Shown here one piece after another: positions 60,955 through 64,000 of a stretch of DNA of 64,000 bases. The DNA is from Candidatus Zhuqueibacterota bacterium. GTDB taxonomy: Bacteria > Zhuqueibacterota > Zhuqueibacteria > Thermofontimicrobiales > Thermofontimicrobiaceae. The position numbers and the translations under genes are program-made. The stretch covers positions 32,001 to 96,000 of the forward strand of contig JBMOPW010000002.1 of assembly GCA_049322915.1 (NCBI GenBank). Reading direction: 5' to 3'. The notes beneath the pieces were generated by a model. That model was not told where the DNA came from, made no database searches, and saw only the letters and a list, made by a program, of their open reading frames with translations. Position 1 is the first letter of the stretch. The number at the start of each line of letters is the position of its first letter.

Positions 60955-62619
60955 CTATCGCTGCATGGATTTGGGGATCCACCACTGTTCCAGATTGTAG
61001 TCAAAACCCACCGGCATGGGATAGGGCTTTACGCCCTGAACGCGCTTATTCGTGGCCAGCATGCTGTCCCGTAAAAAAAGATAAATCACCGGCACATCTT
61101 CCGTGATAATTTCCTGCGCCTCGTAAAGGTACTGCCGCTGTTCGTTCTGGTCGAAAGTGCGCAGGGAGTTCTCCAGAATTCTATCCAATTCCGGATTGAT
61201 GTAGGTAGCCCAGTTGTATTCGGTATCATGAATCTGGCTGGAGTGGAATTCGAACGTCAAATCCGGTTCCAGCACACCCTGACCGCCACGCGTGACGCAC
61301 ATATCAAAATTGCGCTGGGCGACGAAGGTATTGAGGTAGACGCTCCATTCCACCACTTTGATCTTCATGTTCACGCCGACTTCCTTCAATTGCTGCTGAA
61401 CGATGGTGATGATTTGTTGCACGGCTTCGTTCTGGTGCGCCAGCATGGTGAATTCGAACGGCTTGCCGTCTTTCATGAGAATGCCATTGCTGTTGACTTC
61501 GGTCCAGCCGGCTTCCGCCAGCAGTTGTCTGGCTTGTTCCGGGTCGAATGGATATTTTTTGATATTGGGATTATGCGCCCATGAATTCTCCGGAATGGGC
61601 CCCCAGCAGGGTCGTCCCATGCCGAACTGGACGCCATCGATGATGCTCTGCTTGTCGATGGCATAGTAAAAAGCCTGACGCACGCGCCTGTCCTGGAACA
61701 GCGGCACCTTCAGATTGAACACCAGCCCGTACATGTAGGTGTCCTGATATTGGAATTTGTTGACGTGCTGTTCCACTTCCGAGCCGACCAGATCGCGGAT
61801 GAACTGCGTAGTGTGCAGCCGCGTCACCAGATCGAGATGGCCGGCTTTCAATTCCAGAATCTGTACAGCCGCTTCCGGGATGATTCTGAAAATCATGCGG
61901 TCCAGATAGGGACGTCCCCAGTAGCTTTTCTCGTTGGCCAGAAGCGTGATCTGTTCATTGCTTAGCCACTCGCCAAATTTGAACCTCCCATAGCCCATGG
62001 GATGGCGATTGAAGTCGTCGGTATTAATATCCTTGCCATCAAGGATGTGCTTCGGCAGGACGCCAATATCCCAGCGGTACACGGCGTAGACAAATGGTTC
62101 GTTGTAATAGACTTTGAACTGGTACTTGTCCAGCGCAATCACGGTATCGATTCGACTGAACGCGTAATGGACAATTGTTTTCGTCGTTGGATCGATGGCT
62201 TTTTTGTAGGTGAAAATAACATCCTCGGTCGTCACCTCCACGCCGTCTTCCCAAAGAACGCCTTCGCGAATCTTGAACGTGAGTTCCTTGCCGGACTCGG
62301 AAAATTGCCAGTGCTCTGCCAGGACCGGCAGCAGCCTGGGCATGCCTGGATTGGCCGGGTCTTCCAGAATTCGCACCAGGGGAGGGAACAAGTGAATTAT
62401 CACTTCGCACGACGCCCCGTCGCTGTAGCCGTAGAGCGGCTGCAGCGAAACCGGCTCTCCGCTGAGCGCGCGCACCAACGTGCCGCCAAATTCCGGTTTG
62501 GCTGGATCGAACTGTTGCGCCTGGTCGGCGCTGGACTGCTGCTGCGATTCCTTGCCGCACGACACAAACATCGCGAGCAGCGTGACCAAAAGAGCAATTC
62601 GAAAAGACGCACGATTCAT
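60955..62619 (-). CDS. Peptide/nickel ABC transporter substrate-binding lipoprotein (family 5)
   Basis: Lipobox FVSC, LAEHW, IREGVLWEDG..VTTEDVIFT and RVRQAF. Confidence 0.92.
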   Translation of the reverse strand: MNRASFRIALLVTLLAMFVSCGKESQQQSSADQAQQFDPAKPEFGGTLVRALSGEPVSLQPLYGYSDGASCEVIIHLFPPLVRILEDPANPGMPRLLPVLAEHWQFSESGKELTFKIREGVLWEDGVEVTTEDVIFTYKKAIDPTTKTIVHYAFSRIDTVIALDKYQFKVYYNEPFVYAVYRWDIGVLPKHILDGKDINTDDFNRHPMGYGRFKFGEWLSNEQITLLANEKSYWGRPYLDRMIFRIIPEAAVQILELKAGHLDLVTRLHTTQFIRDLVGSEVEQHVNKFQYQDTYMYGLVFNLKVPLFQDRRVRQAFYYAIDKQSIIDGVQFGMGRPCWGPIPENSWAHNPNIKKYPFDPEQARQLLAEAGWTEVNSNGILMKDGKPFEFTMLAHQNEAVQQIITIVQQQLKEVGVNMKIKVVEWSVYLNTFVAQRNFDMCVTRGGQGVLEPDLTFEFHSSQIHDTEYNWATYINPELDRILENSLRTFDQNEQRQYLYEAQEIITEDVPVIYLFLRDSMLATNKRVQGVKPYPMPVGFDYNLEQWWIPKSMQR

Positions 62620-63118
62620 TGACAGACCTCCATTGTAAGTGACTGTTACATAACAATGGCATGAATATATTTAAAATTAAATCCGTTGTCAAGAGAAAAT
62701 ATTGTGGCAAGCCACGGCCATGCAGACAGATGGGAGGGAGGAGCCTCCATGCAGCAATATCGGGAGAATAGTTATTGTCGGATTGCACGGTATTAGTGGG
62801 AGCAGGAAAAAACAATTTGCTCAATTCAGCGATACTTCCTGTATTTTAAATGGGGGATTAGAGCGCATGATGCATCAAATTTTTTGATGAAAAATCAATT
62901 GACTCTCGTGATAATTATTTCTAAATTGATGCATGACGAAGGCGCTGACACCGGAAAACTGATTTGACTGGAGTCTGAAATTTTGTGATCTTTATCAAAA
63001 CACAAATTCGAAATAAATGGTAATGTGCACAGGAGTAAAGATCAAAAATTTCATAGGGTTATTTTTTTGTGAGTTTTCCACGACTTCGTTTATTTACCTT
63101 TTTTTCAGGAGATGACAC

Positions 63119-64000
63119 ATGCAACATGAACAAACCCCGATTTTTTATCTCAGTGAAAAGGTTGATTCAGTCATTGAAAACGTCATTGGTAGCGTTGGAC
63201 CTACATTTAAACACGAACGACCTGAGAGCGCCGAAGATATTGTCGGCTTTTTCCACAATCAACAATCGCATTTCATTCTGATCCTCGACTCGGCGTTTTT
63301 CCTGAAAATTGCAGCCGATGCAACCTATCTGGCCGGGATCGATTCGGACCGATTCAGCATCATTCATTACAATGCCGCTGGGCAGGACCCGTTCGACACA
63401 CTGGCATCAAGTTCCACGCTCCCTGTCTTCACGTCACTGAGCGTTCCACTCAACAAAAGTCAACTCGCATTGGCGTTGATCAATTCCCGGAAACTGCTGC
63501 TGAGCAGGCTGGAAACAAAGCGGCTACAGTCCCGGTTGGAATTGCAGAACCAGGAGTTGCGCCAACTGAACGACATCGGGATTGCCCTGTCTGCGGAACG
63601 CGATCCGGATGCGCTGCTCGAAATGATTTTACGGAAGAGCCGCGAAATAACCCTTGCAGACGCCGGGAGCCTGTATCTGGTTGAACATAAAAATGGCACC
63701 CCGGAAGATGCCAACAACTATTTTGCCAATAAACAACTCCGCTTCAAACTGGCGCACTGCGATTCAATCACGATCCCATTCAAGGAAGCGGTCATGCCCA
63801 TTCAGAAAAAGAGCATTGCCGGCTATGTGGCGCTGTCCGGTCAGGTCGTCAATATCCCGGATGTGTATCATCTGCCGGCGGATTCTGAATTTGGGCACAA
63901 CCGAAGTTTCGACGAATCAGTGGGCTATCGCACAAAATCCATGCTGGTTATCCCGATGAAAAATCACAAAGATGAGATCATCGGTGTGTTGCAGCTCATC
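63119..64000 (+). CDS. GAF-domain signalling protein (probably HD-GYP type), truncated by the window end
   Basis: Open from ATG 63119 (AGGAG RBS) to the end. IGIALSAERD, DAGSLY, SIAGYV, YRTKSMLVIPM and IIGVLQL GAF motifs. Confidence 0.85.
   Translation, partial: MQHEQTPIFYLSEKVDSVIENVIGSVGPTFKHERPESAEDIVGFFHNQQSHFILILDSAFFLKIAADATYLAGIDSDRFSIIHYNAAGQDPFDTLASSSTLPVFTSLSVPLNKSQLALALINSRKLLLSRLETKRLQSRLELQNQELRQLNDIGIALSAERDPDALLEMILRKSREITLADAGSLYLVEHKNGTPEDANNYFANKQLRFKLAHCDSITIPFKEAVMPIQKKSIAGYVALSGQVVNIPDVYHLPADSEFGHNRSFDESVGYRTKSMLVIPMKNHKDEIIGVLQLI

Overview
Bacterial chromosomal segment with a moderate-GC backbone. The gene content is compatible with an anaerobic FCB-superphylum lineage such as KSB1, but this is inference only. 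Main contents: (1) a fluoride riboswitch upstream of a CPA2 antiporter. (2) An ~8.9 kb AT-rich island integrated at the 3' end of tRNA-Glu(TTC), bounded by a 12-bp direct repeat (5326-5337 / 14189-14200). It carries a Panacea (DUF4065) antitoxin with an unannotated partner, a Type IIG restriction-modification gene and a large serine recombinase whose reading frame crosses the att site, so excision would swap its C-terminal tail. (3) Archaeal-type mevalonate pathway genes: split aconitase X (phosphomevalonate dehydratase-like) plus isopentenyl phosphate kinase. (4) A selenocysteine-containing selD with a clear bSECIS, missed by the ORF track. (5) A stand-alone MAD3/MAD4-like ATPase + partner pair. 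(6) A HIT gene with integron-cassette hallmarks but no integrase. (7) Three families of short inverted-repeat elements, one carrying tandem NrdR-box-like sites. The rest is ordinary metabolic, cell-wall, copper, redox and transport genes. All protein assignments are from motif recognition by eye; no database searches were run.
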